This document shows positions 1-13,057 of a stretch of 61,059 bases of DNA, one piece after another (position 1 is the stretch's first letter; each line of letters starts with the position of its first letter). Source of the DNA: Octopus bimaculoides (Eukaryota); the NCBI RefSeq assembly GCF_001194135.2, contig NC_068986.1, forward strand, positions 46,671,752 through 46,732,810, given 5' to 3'. The notes beneath the pieces are model-generated. The model was not told where the DNA came from, searched no databases, and saw only the letters and a list, made by a program, of their open reading frames with translations. Position numbers and translations under genes: made by a program.

Positions 1-180
1 ATGGAGACAACATGATCGATGGTCTCATTTTGTTGTTGGCATATACGACATAATGGGGAGCTGCCGTTCTTTAATATGTTGGCCTGGTAGTTCTTTGTAG
101 GTAGGCATTGATCTTTGGCTGCTATGATAAACCCCTGTTTCTGATTTCAAGCCAGAGGCCATTAGCCATTGATGGGTAAG
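1..180 (-). mobile_element. R4/Dong-type (RLE) non-LTR retrotransposon fragment, CCHC zinc-knuckle region
   Basis: Minus strand, across one frameshift, reads LTHQWLMASGLKSET/GFIIAAKDQCLPTKNYQANILKNGSSPLCRICQQQNETIDHVVS, the typical pre-RLE ETEGFIIAAQDQ...CRxC...ETxxH segment; runs off the window start. Confidence 0.85.
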
Positions 181-182
181 GG

Positions 183-183
183 C

Positions 184-254
<71 letters not shown>

Positions 255-255
255 G
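183..255. repeat. (TAT)n/(TAA)n microsatellite
   Basis: Perfect trinucleotide run. Confidence 0.98.
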
Positions 256-552
256 TGAGAACACATGGTCTAGTGGTTAGGGCGTTGTATTCTCGATCGT
301 GGGATCGTGGTTTCAATTTCTAGACCACGTGGTACGTTGTGTTCTTGAGCAAAGCGCCTCATCTCATGTTGCTCTGCGATCACATCTGCACCTGATGCGT
401 GGCTCATCGTGTACCTGTTCAGACAACGTCAATTTGATAGAGAGAATAAGCTTATGTATAGTACATACATCTGATCACTATAAACAAGTCATTTGTGCTA
501 GTCATTCAGCTAAACCTGAACACTTATATGCCGTCTTCGACGGGAGAGACCG
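254..552 (+). mobile_element. tRNA-derived SINE (family C, older copy)
   Basis: A-box-like TGGTCTAGTGGTTAGG and B-box-like GGTTTCAATTTC head; head resembles that of the 34361-34747 copy. Confidence 0.7.
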
Positions 553-554
553 TT

Positions 555-1626
555 GTTATTATCTAAGACGTCACACAGTATCCAATATAGTGATATAAAG
601 TCACAAGAGCTTCATACAGGCAGCGCTTTATACAATATGCACTGTTCCAAGTAAAGCCGATGTTTGCAATATTCTACGATTATATGTAAGGTATTTCTAA
701 GGGATCCAGATGTTTTCTTCGACAGTATCTCCTGGCACTACCGGTCAATTATTAAACACTCTTTCTTATCCCTTTTAATGGCTACTATATTCGGTCTGGA
801 AGCCAAACTCCAAGAGTTTGCGTTCCCGTTTTCAGCCATTATCTTTTCCGATATATGTTGGTACCAAGCGCCCGTTATCTCATATCTATAATTCCAGCAC
901 AGTGGCGAGTGATGTTTTAGGGCTAACTCGTCGTATCTGCGCTTGTACTCTTTCTGCATAAGACTTTCATGTGCGCTAACTATGTGAGTCACGCTTTCGA
1001 CATTCTTTCCACACATTCTGCAGAAGTTCGTTGCATTTGTGTGGTACATATTCCCTTTTCAATGAGTTGGTATTCAATGCCTAGACCTGGGCAGCGATGA
1101 TCAAGCTATCAATTCTCTTTTTAACATCACCTTTACTGAGCTACATCCATGATGATTCTTGGTCTTTTAAGTTGTTAGATTCGCGGTGGAACTGACCTCA
1201 TGATTCCATGCGGAATAGTGTTTCTTCTCTTTCGTTGGCTATTTGTTATCGGAATACATTAGCACTCTCAACTCCATTGTTATTAGATCGTTCTGCCTTA
1301 GCTGCATATTGTAGTAGGTCTTGTTCCCTGTTTACTTAATATTCTGTTAAGTGTTTTCTTTTACTGTCGATGCAGTGCTATACGTTTATCTGGTAACATC
1401 CATCTTCACCCCTCTTTGTATATAACCTTAGGGTGGTGCACACCATGCATTATCATCGTCTTTCGAGAAGTGCGATCGAGTTAGTCAATCTCTGCTCGTG
1501 TCCATTTCAGAATGGATACACTTTAGCGAACTACAACAATACCACATATGTTGATGGTAGTCACAAGCGCAGTTTTGACTCCAGGAAAAGTATGAGGCGT
1601 TTCAAATATGCAGTGGTGACTTTGTC

Positions 1627-1627
<1 letters not shown>
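555..1627 (-). mobile_element. R4/Dong-type LINE, 5'-truncated 3' portion (RT C-terminus, CCHC, RLE, 3' UTR)
   Basis: Minus strand: AYLKRLILFLESKTALVTTINICGIVVVR..LKWTRAEID; CRMCGKNVESVTHIVSAHESLMQKEYKRRYD; RPNIVAIKRDKKECLIID; ends SALLGTVHI then short UTR and GATAATAACAAC tail; many stops and frameshifts. Confidence 0.88.
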
Positions 1628-1721
<94 letters not shown>

Positions 1722-1750
1722 TCCTTTATTGCTATTGTTATTATTATTAA
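1628..1750. repeat. (TAT)n microsatellite
   Basis: Long trinucleotide run abutting the LINE 5' junction. Confidence 0.97.
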
Positions 1751-2271
1751 CATTATCATCATCGTCAGTATTATTTCTATTGCCATTATGAACATATAAT
1801 GTTCAATATATTCTTTCTATCTTAAGCTGTTAATCCGAAAAGTTTGAATATTAAATATCTATAACTAATATATAAAAGATGGCAGCTAAAAATCGACCTA
1901 TAGTCATTCTTTTACATTTCAATGTAGTTGTGCGTCTAGTAACATGGATCAATTCATTGATCAGGATTGACAAGTTATTATGCAGAAAAGATATTAGGTT
2001 GAAGTTGAAACTCGATAAAATGTGCTTAGTGTTTTACAATTGTAAAATAAAAACAAAATAGAAAAAATGTCTTTCGATAAAGGTCTTTGTGAAACGAAGA
2101 TATTATATGTTCCCAAATAAACAAAAACAAGTTGCTTAGATAAATAACAAAATCGATATCAGACAAGAAACGAGTATTCCCCGCTTCATTGCTAAATCTA
2201 TTTCGGGATAGAAACCCAAAGAATATTCATGAACTGGAAAAGAAATAGAACGTGATGTTCTCATGTTTCCA

Positions 2272-2415
<144 letters not shown>

Positions 2416-3974
2416 TATATATATATTTATTTACACACATATATTAATATATATATTATACATTATATATCATATATAGATGTATGTACATCTATATATG
2501 CGTTTATATAGGAAGAGGGAGAGATAAAGTTAGAGAGGCTGAGAAAGAAAAGGATAGATAGAGAGACTCGAAGAAAAAGACAGAGAGAAAATCTTTTCTT
2601 ATAAGTAGTTATTGAAGATATTAACTTTTGGTTGCAAGAATGAATAATGTTTTATAGTGAAGAATAACAAGCTAAAAATAAATAGATGGGCATTACATAT
2701 CATGCTCCCAAATGGAATAGCGATATGTTTGAAGTTCAAATATTCATTCATCGAAAGAGAACGACAAACCCGTGAGACTAGGAAAGTCTTTGAGAATATT
2801 ACTTCTCACCTATATATTTGTAATTCAACAGCCAACGTTCTTATATCATATTATAGCAGTGTCGTAAAACTGATAGCCTCATACTGGAGATAAAATTCTC
2901 TTGAACCTATGTATCTATACGTATGAAAAACGGTTTTCTGATACTGATAACATAGTTATTTACTATCTTAGCTCATAGGCCTTCCACTGTCACACGTAGC
3001 TTGTAGTTAAACCTCTGATCATGATTTAACATTACTGTATAGCTAATACAACAGAATGCAATATCGACATTCGTCAGAATTTTTTACATTACCCTACACT
3101 TTGTGTCATGAAGCGAAATAACTTCGGTTATAAATTGTTATATATACAACCAGAATAATTCTTCTGTACAATTTTACTACTGATTTTGGAGGTTATTTTC
3201 AGGTATCTAATCCAGATATACAACAATAACAGTTAAAATATTTTATCAAAATGTAACCAAAATTTGTATTTTTTTTTATCAACTCGTTTGTTTCATGCAG
3301 TTAGAAATATATATACAACAGACTGTGTTCTCTTTTGTGACAAATCGGAAGGAAGTGAGTGTTCTATATATTTATGCAATAACTTCGTGTGAAAGAAAGT
3401 ATTTTAGGTATGTAATATACTTTTGCCTCAGATATCAAATTATACACGATCTAAAATTAATTACGCTGTGAATATTTGAATACGAGTGACAGAAAGACAT
3501 AGACATACACAAAGCCCAAATAAAATTGAAATTGTAATATATTTTATATTACATTCGTAGTTTGGCTTTCTCTCTCTTGTTTGGATATATCTCATACTCC
3601 CTATAATTTTTTCTATACGGAATTATGAGAGTTACACACAAACAGATATACAAACACACACAAGTACAGTAAATACAGGGATAAATATTTTGTAGTCAAG
3701 GAAAAGGCAAGAAAGGACAATAAAACAGAAAACAATTACATTTAGAGCGATAATATAAGAACGGATAAGTTCAGGTAAAAGTAATAGGCACTTGAAAAAT
3801 CATTTAATAGGTTTACGCACACACGCACACACATATTTGTGTATATATGTGTGTGTATATATATCTGCTATATATACATATATACATATATATATTTAAA
3901 TGAAATATAATTGATTATAAATTAGAATGCTTAGTCAAAATTGTACCTCTCCTAATTTTTAAAGGTCACAATTA

Positions 3975-4461
3975 GTATTGACAGCCTTTGAGAAAGAGGG
4001 AAAAACCTCCACGTCGAAACAAAACTGCAGAAGAAAACCAAAACTTTCAGCTAGGGACCATTGATCTCTTATGCGAATTGTTAGAAAGGATCACAAAAGT
4101 ACAGATCCCAAAATTACTGCAGAGCTTAATGGCCACCCCGAGAACCCAGTTTCCCCATAAACTGTTCAGCGGGAGCTGCACAAAGCCGGATTTCACGGGA
4201 GGGCTGCAATCAGAAAACCACTATTTTCAAAAACAAACGTTGCAAAGCGTTTAGAGTGGAGTAAAAACCTACCAATTTGGTCCCTAAAGCAGTGAAAAAT
4301 ATTATTTTCTCGGACGAGTCATCCTTTATCTTATTTCCGACCACCGGCCGAATATACGTGTGGAGACAGTTTTAGCTGAAGAATGGACAAAAATCCCTTT
4401 GGAAACAATTCAAACTTTGTACGAGTCTATGCCTCGTAGAATTGAAGCTGTAATTACTGCC
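3975..4461 (+). mobile_element. Tc1-family transposase remnant with large internal deletion
   Basis: TAFEKEGKTSTSKQNCRRKPKLSARDH*SLMRIVRKDHK...TVQRELHKAGFHGRAAIRKPLFSKTNVAKRLEWSK...IIFSDESSFILFPTTGRIYVWR fused directly to the C-terminal ETVLAEEWTKIPLETIQTLYESMPRRIEAVITA; then runs into an N gap. Confidence 0.92.
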
Positions 4462-5423
4462 NNNNNNNNNNNNNNNNNNNNNNNNNNNNNNNNNNNNNNN
4501 NNNNNNNNNNNNNNNNNNNNNNNNNNNNNNNNNNNNNNNNNNNNNNNNNNNNNNNNNNNNNNNNNNNNNNNNNNNNNNNNNNNNNNNNNNNNNNNNNNNN
4601 NNNNNNNNNNNNNNNNNNNNNNNNNNNNNNNNNNNNNNNNNNNNNNNNNNNNNNNNNNNNNNNNNNNNNNNNNNNNNNNNNNNNNNNNNNNNNNNNNNNN
4701 NNNNNNNNNNNNNNNNNNNNNNNNNNNNNNNNNNNNNNNNNNNNNNNNNNNNNNNNNNNNNNNNNNNNNNNNNNNNNNNNNNNNNNNNNNNNNNNNNNNN
4801 NNNNNNNNNNNNNNNNNNNNNNNNNNNNNNNNNNNNNNNNNNNNNNNNNNNNNNNNNNNNNNNNNNNNNNNNNNNNNNNNNNNNNNNNNNNNNNNNNNNN
4901 NNNNNNNNNNNNNNNNNNNNNNNNNNNNNNNNNNNNNNNNNNNNNNNNNNNNNNNNNNNNNNNNNNNNNNNNNNNNNNNNNNNNNNNNNNNNNNNNNNNN
5001 NNNNNNNNNNNNNNNNNNNNNNNNNNNNNNNNNNNNNNNNNNNNNNNNNNNNNNNNNNNNNNNNNNNNNNNNNNNNNNNNNNNNNNNNNNNNNNNNNNNN
5101 NNNNNNNNNNNNNNNNNNNNNNNNNNNNNNNNNNNNNNNNNNNNNNNNNNNNNNNNNNNNNNNNNNNNNNNNNNNNNNNNNNNNNNNNNNNNNNNNNNNN
5201 NNNNNNNNTATATATATATGTACTTACATACAGAAGACCAAAAGTGTACGTACGCCGCTATATGGATATATAAAAAAAGAAAACAAATATGGAACAAGAT
5301 CGTAACAGGCGACAAAACACCCGGACAGTTAGACGATACAAAAAAGCACAGGAAAAGCAATATAAATGTATACATATGTGTGTGTGTGTGTGTGCGTGCG
5401 TGTATCTGCGTGTGTGCATACAA

Positions 5424-5455
<32 letters not shown>

Positions 5456-5921
5456 ACACATACATATATACATACACACACACAGATGTTTGTTGCAACG
5501 CCAATTTGATATTTGCTCGTGAGATGCAATCATGCACACACGAAGCTCTTCGATATGGAAATCTAAAGAAAAACTAATCAGCGCGAAATACCCCAACAAC
5601 GTCTACTGTTCAAGGGCATTTCCACAATTTCAGTAACGATTTCGTGTGCCATGATTTATTTTAGACATTCGATGACACAGTCATGAAAAATGGTAACATT
5701 CACAATATCGATGATGAAACATTGTAAACACCTCTAGCAATTAAACGGGAAAATGTCAATATATATATATAAACATACAAATCCATGCATATATTCATAT
5801 ATACACGTATACATTTGTATGAATACTTACACTCTCGCACACACGCACTCGCACACACACTCATACACACATATGTATACATATACATATGTATGTATAA
5901 ATATATATATCTATATATATC

Positions 5922-5965
<44 letters not shown>

Positions 5966-7159
5966 TATNNNNNNNNNNNNNNNNNNNNNNNNNNNNNNNN
6001 NNNNNNNNNNNNNNNNNNNNNNNNNNNNNNNNNNNNNNNNNNNNNNNNNNNNNNNNNNNNNNNNNNNNNNNNNNNNNNNNNNNNNNNNNNNNNNNNNNNN
6101 NNNNNNNNNNNNNNNNNNNNNNNNNNNNNNNNNNNNNNNNNNNNNNNNNNNNNNNNNNNNNNNNNNNNNNNNNNNNNNNNNNNNNNNNNNNNNNNNNNNN
6201 NNNNNNNNTATACATACATACATGTATGTGCATGTGTGTGTGTGTGTATTGCTTACAACATTCGTTGACTTAAAGAGAGATAACAGCGGTTGATTTCTAC
6301 TATAGCATTTAGCAGGCTGCTGAATTGTTAATGACTATTAAGTAGCAGGGACTATTAACTAGAGCATGATTGGTTGGTTTGCTGGTCTATGTCTAACATG
6401 CCGAGATCGCATGTTACCATTATTATAGAAAATAAAAGCTCTGTTTTCGAGAAGATGTATAAAAGGATGAAATACTTTTGATACAGACTATTTGTTTATA
6501 CAATATAACTTGCTATGTTTCAGAACATACCTTGGGATTTATGTCCAAGATAATTAATCTTTGTGTTCGAGTATTTAGCTTTGAGAAAAATACTCTGTCG
6601 AATGTTATCACTGATTCTTATCAATTTGATCAGTTCACTGAATTTTACTTGTTATGTCATATTCATTAACAACTGACAAATCTGCAAACCATGAATGGTT
6701 TTCTATCTGAATGGTTTAGGTCTGAGTTTATTGCAATATCGATTGATCGTATCTTTCCATATCAATTGCCATTGTTTCATGCTTTAAATCATTATATTGA
6801 GTGGCTGTTGCAGATGTATTGCTAGAACTGAAATTATGAATTATTATTTCGCCTTTCTTACTCCTCATATGTACGTATTTTTCAGAAAGCTTTATTACTC
6901 TTACGTTGAAATACCTATTCTTAACACCTACTAAACCATTATCCAATTTTCTCCTTTTCCTCATTATATTTTATAGCATTGCATAGAACTCATAAATTTG
7001 AAACAAATTAATACATGTCTATTATTATTTATTGGTTATATTGATAAACATGTGGCTTATGATGCATACACGTACATTTATACATATGAGCATACTTAGA
7101 TGTATATGCATATATATACATGTACATGCTTAAATACCTTATACAGATGTATATATATC

Positions 7160-7160
7160 T

Positions 7161-7238
<78 letters not shown>

Positions 7239-7336
7239 GTCTGTCTATCTGTCTCTGTCTGTCTGTTTGTTTGTCTGTCTGTCTGTTTGTTTGTCTGTCT
7301 GTCTGTCTGTCTGTCTCTGTCTCTCTGTCTCTCTGT

Positions 7337-7379
<43 letters not shown>

Positions 7380-7380
7380 C
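7160..7380. repeat. Compound (TCTA)n/(TCTG)n/(TA)n microsatellite
   Basis: Adjacent tetra- and dinucleotide runs. Confidence 0.95.
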
Positions 7381-7594
7381 ATGCATAAACGCATCTTCGT
7401 TAGATTCTATCAACTAAAGATTAAACTCATTGAATTATAATACAAGTGGAAAGCTATCCTATATAATTACCTAAAATGACATTTAGTCGGAAGAAAGACG
7501 GGACCTCGTGATCATAAAGTGAACTTCTTAACTCTTCGTCCACGCGCGCACACACACACACTATCACACAAATACACATATCTTTCCATATCAA

Positions 7595-7890
7595 TTAAGC
7601 AAGAAGGGTTCGACCATGATCCAGTCCAATGGGTAACATATAATGAATGTAAAAAGAAAATCCACTGCTTGTATTTTGCCACTTTTTCCAACTAGTATGG
7701 TAGTAAACATAAGAGTTAAAAAAAATATTGCACGGTAAACCTAACAAGTAGGGCGATGAATCCTTGAAAGATTTGAACCAGGTATAGTTATCAACTGTAC
7801 TCCAAGGTGTTCGAAAACGAACTGAAGCCAGAATGTGAATAGCTTTCCGAAGGTCAGATCGAACAATATGCAGAAAGCCAAATATAAATG
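7595..7890 (-). CDS. Candidate terminal coding exon of an unidentified gene
   Basis: Pyrimidine-rich acceptor TTTTTTTTTATGTCCAG, then a phase-1 frame open for 98 codons: AFIFGFLHIVRSDLRKAIHILASVRFRTPWSTV...GRTLLA*. No family recognised with confidence; a frame this long can arise by chance. Confidence 0.22.
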
Positions 7891-8216
7891 CTGGACATAA
7901 AAAAAAATAGAAAGAAAAAGTATTGACCTTTAATGGAAATGCTCAACCAAGTCTTTCGTGGAAACTAGTATCTCATGGAAAGAACAAATCACTGCTACGT
8001 GTAGTTTTCGTACTATGCTTAACTTCGCCTAAGAGCCTTGAAAAGTTTCACTATACTTAAGAGCCAACTAGTGTAAACTAATTGTCTTGGCCTTCCTTGC
8101 CATTGAATGCGAAATCTGGTCCTGGTCCTTTGTGGCGAGTGAATATTTTGTGGAATCAACCAACTGATGAATATTGTTCTTATCCATGTATTTTTACTTC
8201 AATATATGTACATGCG

Positions 8217-8430
8217 AAGGCAGCGAGCTGGCAGAAATGTTAGCACGCCGGTCGAAATGCTTAGCAGTATTTCGTCTGTCTTTACGTTCTGAGTTCAAAT
8301 TCCACCAAGGTCGACTTTGCCTTTCATCCTTTCGGAGTCTATAAATTAAATACCAGTTGCGTTCTGTGGTCGATCTAATCAACTGGCCCCCTCCCCCAAA
8401 ATTTCAGGCCTTGTGCATAGAGTAGAAAAG
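8217..8430 (+). mobile_element. tRNA-derived SINE (family A) with 16-bp TSD
   Basis: Head GGCAGCGAGCTGGCAGAA...GAGTTCAAATTCC; flanked by AATATATGTACATGCG at 8201-8216 and 8431-8446. Confidence 0.93.
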
Positions 8431-8806
8431 AATATATGTACATGCGGTTGAGCGTGCTTATTTGCGTATGTATGCGCTTGTGTGGGACAGCAATTCATTC
8501 GAAATTATTAAATAAACAGTTTGTAATGGTGTACTAGAAACAGTTTAATTACTTAACCTATATTGTCAACACTTGAAGTGTAATATAATTTAGACAGTTG
8601 AGATTAGTTTAGCATTTCTGATAACAGAGTTTGGTTAGTCTTTTTATGAAACAAGAAACGAGGCCACATACAGGTTTGACCATTGCATTTATCTTTTGAT
8701 CACAAAAGGATAGAATATCTGTTTAAACAGCTTTGACTACTTTTCGCCGCAAGACAATATTGTACGTTTATTAAAAGCGTATACAATACATTTCATATTC
8801 GTACCC

Positions 8807-8869
<63 letters not shown>

Positions 8870-9014
8870 ACAGACACACAGACACACACACACACACACA
8901 CACATACACACACAAATGTTTCTATCTATATGTATATATACATGCACTCATGCAAATATTTAAGCGTATATAAATACTACATTTTTATAAATACAACACA
9001 CACGTTAAATTTGA

Positions 9015-9600
9015 TTGTCCATTACTTTAATTTTATGCATGACAGACGTTCCTCAGGTGGTATAACCATATTTCCAATGCTTTTCAATGCTGCTATCAGC
9101 ATGTTGCAAGCTTCCGGGTGGTCTTGTTCTAGCTTGATCAGTACCTATTTTGCTGTTATCGTTGCCAAGTAGAAATTGTTTTCGTGACGGCATTTTGTAT
9201 ATCATCTCCATTTTTTTTCTTTTGTTTATAAAATCTGCTTGATTTGTTTATTTAAAATGTTTCGGTAGTACATTGGTTGCATTGTATTACTCTGTTTATG
9301 TTGGCATATCGATATGGTTACAATACCTTTACTTTAAATTTCATAAATGTTTAGAAAAGTGTTCTGTTTTCTTTATTGGTAATTGCTGAAGGTGGATATA
9401 TATAATTGCTACAACGGCTTTTAAGGTCGTCTTCTCTCACACTTGTGTAATATTTTATCCCTTATACGCTGCTAATTTGAGATTTTACTTCTTTCGAATA
9501 TAAAATTTTACGAGAAGCATTTCTATTAAGGGGAAATATCTCTTTTGTCCTGAAGTTTCATTACTTCCTTGTATGTTGTCCTAGCTGGTCATTCGATAAT
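9015..9600 (-). mobile_element. Penelope-like element 3' remnant (GIY-YIG endonuclease C-terminus plus downstream terminal repeat)
   Basis: Minus strand encodes decayed ...QCNQCTTE...TKCRHENNFYLA, matching the PLE C-terminal CxLCxxEK...KCRHENKF motif. Confidence 0.65.
9019..9060 (-). ncRNA. Decayed type I hammerhead ribozyme relic
   Basis: CCAC-CTGAGGA-ACGT ctgtcat GCAT-AAAA-ttaaag-TA-ATGG: perfect CUGANGA box; GAAA and stems eroded. Confidence 0.4.
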
Positions 9601-9684
9601 TTCTTAATATCATGCTGATATCTTTTATTAAACTTTAAAACGGTGGATAACTCATTATAGGGTTAACCAATATACTTAAGATTG

Positions 9685-9735
9685 AATTTTCAGTGCATAT
9701 TGGATTTTCAGTGCATATTGGATTTTCAGTGCATG
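9685..9735 (+). repeat. 18-bp minisatellite x3
   Basis: (GATTTTCAGTGCATATTG) three times. Confidence 0.9.
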
Positions 9736-9961
9736 TTCTTTGGGATCTAATAAGTTGTTGAATGTTTCTTGTTTGAGTTTTCATTTGATCCCATTACTTA
9801 ATTTTAATTCAGCTGTTATGAGCATTATCTCACTTTGTAAATATTAGCTTACCCATCACTCCCTAATTACATATCTTCTATGTGTACTCGTGTGTATGCA
9901 CGCGCGCACACACACACACACACACACTAACACACATACATGCATAAATAGATAGATGGAT

Positions 9962-9996
<35 letters not shown>

Positions 9997-10197
9997 ACGC
10001 ATATATATGTGTATGACGTATACGTATGGATAGATAGACAAATTACTCTATGCAAGTTAATGTCATTTGGGCCTTTATTTAAAGTGCGTTTTATCAATTA
10101 CAATTTCATTCTGTTAATTCAATTTCTATTTCTACTTATTCGGTTTTTGCCCGAGAAAGTATCCTTGACTAAATATTATTGGGCATAGATCAGTTAC

Positions 10198-10245
10198 CTA
10201 AATATCTTCCACATTCAGTTACAGGTTTCCTAGAACAAGACAATT
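10198..10245 (-). CDS. Candidate 48-nt symmetric phase-1 exon
   Basis: Acceptor TTTTACTTTCAG, donor TAG|GTAACT; only the phase-1 frame is open (xLSCSRKPVTECGRYLx); phase-compatible with the 7890 acceptor. Confidence 0.3.
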
Positions 10246-11193
10246 CTGAAAGTAAAATTGTTACGGCATGTTTTGTTACTGAACAGTTTTCAATTAGCTA
10301 ACAGCTGAATACAATATTTATTAAGCAGCATTCACTGAAATTCCCCAGTCAACACTCTCTAATACAAAAGTATATTATGTTCTGTAAATGGTTTTAAAGT
10401 TTCTAATTATGACACCGCTTGTTAAACAATACTTTCCTTCTGAATTGATGAAAATTTCAGAATTAACTTAATTATTTATTAATTAATTACTAACAGAAAG
10501 CCAGCGTAGGTGTCAAATTACATTTTTACACCTTCTCCCAGTGTACTGAGAATGCCGAGCTCATGTTAAGACAAAAATCATCTGTCATAGAAGTCAAACA
10601 CTGAAATTAGTCTTGTGAAATATACCCTCGAAAAGTTAAAACGTCTTCAGCAGTGAAAAATATATTTGTGATTAATAATTACTAACATCGACTCTGTAAA
10701 ATATTTTAAGTGTTAGAGCTCTCAACTAAGTAGCTTTATTATTTAGTTTTCATCTCTATGATTTCAAATCCTAAACCGATGCTAATGCAAATAATCAATA
10801 TCCAACAATGGAGTGGTAGAACTACCCCAAGCACTAAAGCACTTGTTTATTTAGTTTACATTATTTAGTTTCGTTCTTAATCTTCTGTTTTAAAACTTTC
10901 GAATGTTTAGATATCTTTAGTTTTTCTGAGATTGACAAACAGCATACCGTTATAGATTACAAAGATTGTACAGTACAACTCGAAAAATCTTTTTATCTAA
11001 TAAAAATTGCAATATTTCTTAATTTACAGAAATCTAGGAAGACATTTATAACTATGACACTCGACCTCATTAATATTTCTTAACCACTAAATCTTCTAGA
11101 AAATAAAAGCTGCAGCGAATACTTATTTAACGTTATATTTACTCGTCCATATACACGTCATTACTTGTGAATACATATGTTTTTATGACAAAT

Positions 11194-11397
11194 GAAGCCA
11201 GCAACCTGGCAGAAACGCTGGACAAAATGCTTAATCCATTGCGTTCGTTTTTACGTTCTGACTTCAAATTCCGCCTACTTTGCTTTTCATCTTTTCGGGG
11301 TAGATGAAAAAAGTAACACTTGAGCACTAGAATCGATGTGATCGACTAGCCCGCTTCCCGAAATTTCTGACCTTGAATCTGTAGTTTAAAGGATTTT
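11194..11397 (+). mobile_element. SINE family A, diverged
   Basis: Similar to 8217-8430 along its length. Confidence 0.85.
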
Positions 11398-11514
11398 TAT
11401 GACAGATTGCGTCATATTACTGATTAAGCTTGATCCTGATGTATATTATTTGGTTTATATGTTTACAGTTAAAATTCCCTTGGTATAGTTCTTTAGATAG
11501 TATATTCTAACTTT

Positions 11515-11860
11515 TATCTTTTACTTGATTCAATTATTAGACTGCGGCTTGCTGGGGCAGAATTTTGAAGAAATTTTAGTCGAATGAATCGACCTTAGTA
11601 CTTATATTTTCTTTAAGTGTGGCACTTATTCTATCAGTTTCTTTTATCAAACTGCTAAGTTATGAGGACTTAAACATACCAACACCGGTTGGAAACAAAC
11701 ACACGCATGCATGCATACACACATACACACACACATAACGGATTGCTTTCAGTTTCCGTCAACAAATTCACAGTTGCCCAAGCTTTGCCACGAAGTAGGA
11801 CTGAACCTGGAATCTTATGGTTGGAGAGCAATCTTCTTACCACACAACCACACCTGTGCC
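11515..11860 (-). mobile_element. SINE family B (tRNA-like head, internal microsatellite, conserved tail)
   Basis: Colinear in reverse with 60085-60485. Confidence 0.82.
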
Positions 11861-12123
11861 TTATTAATATTGACTTTAATTACGAGTAACTTTTTGATGT
11901 GTAAATATATGAATTGATGTGAAACAAACAAATTCTTTAAATGTTACTCTTTCAATGTAATTAATTACGAATTCTTTGAATTTCAATTACTATTTTAAAA
12001 ATAGCTCATAATTGCCTGTCTACATCTTCACACACGTCAATGTTTCTTTAGATTTTCTCGTTTCAACAATTTTCCGTCCAATTTTAAACATTTCATTTAG
12101 GAATATTCTGGTAAGGCATATAC

Positions 12124-12270
12124 ATGGCTGTGTGCTTAAGAAGCTCACTTTGCAGACACGTGGTTTCGTGTTCAGTCCCATTGCACAATCTTTTGACCAA
12201 ATGTCTTCTACTGCAGCCTCGGACGACCCATGTCTTGCAAGTGAATTTCATAGCTGGAGCGTGTGGGGAT
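12124..12270 (+). mobile_element. SINE family B head
   Basis: TGGCTGTGTGCTTAAGAAGC...GTTCAGTCCCA...GTCTTCTACT. Confidence 0.78.
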
Positions 12271-12355
12271 GCCTGTCGTGTATATATATATATTTATATA
12301 TATATACATGACATATATATGTATACACGCACACACACACACACAAACACACACA

Positions 12356-12391
<36 letters not shown>

Positions 12392-12499
12392 CATGCACAT
12401 GTATAGTCTGTATGTATTTATACGCAAAGGGTACCCACACACGTTCCATCTACCGAATCTAGATACATACATACATATATACATACATATATATACATA

Positions 12500-12710
12500 T
12501 TCGCCATGATAGATCGCTGACCACTACATTTATATTTTTTTTCTCCTTGTTTCTCTCCTTATTTCTTTCTGTGTTCCTTTCAGTTTAAGAGTGTAGCTCG
12601 AAACGTCAAAGACTTTCTCTATTCCCGAGCGTTAAACTAATACATCCATTTGTTTACACCACCTGTCTTCGTCTGTATTTTTCGTAATTTTTCCAATATA
12701 CATACATACA
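12500..12710 (+). mobile_element. Probable Penelope-type terminal-repeat fragment with decayed minimal hammerhead at 12577-12611
   Basis: CTTT-CAGTTTA-a-GAGT gta GCTC-GAAACGTC-AAAG within a pyrimidine-rich repeat bounded by microsatellites. Confidence 0.5.
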
Positions 12711-12987
12711 TACATACATANNNNNNNNNNNNNNNNNNNNNNNNNNNNNNNNNNNNNNNNNNNNNNNNNNNNNNNNNNNNNNNNNNNNNNNNNNNNNNNN
12801 NNNNNNNNNNNNNNNNNNNNNNNNNNNNNNNNNNNNNNNNNNNNNNNNNNNNNNNNNNNNNNNNNNNNNNNNNNNNNNNNNNNNNNNNNNNNNNNNNNNN
12901 NNNNNNNNNNNNNNNNNNNNNNNNNNNNNNNNNNNNNNNNTAATATAATTTAATATAAAAATAAGTGTTCGAGTAGTAGTAGTAGTA

Positions 12988-13057
<70 letters not shown>

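Noticed and set aside
254-330. tRNA gene-like A/B boxes here and in other SINE heads
   Set aside because: No complete cloverleaf; they continue into SINE bodies, some with tails and TSDs.
5289-5325. WNKIVTGDKT resembling the mariner IVTGDETW motif
   Set aside because: Isolated short match with no flanking transposase sequence.
6728-6964. 78-aa minus-strand ORF as a terminal exon
   Set aside because: No usable pyrimidine-rich splice acceptor and no recognisable motif.
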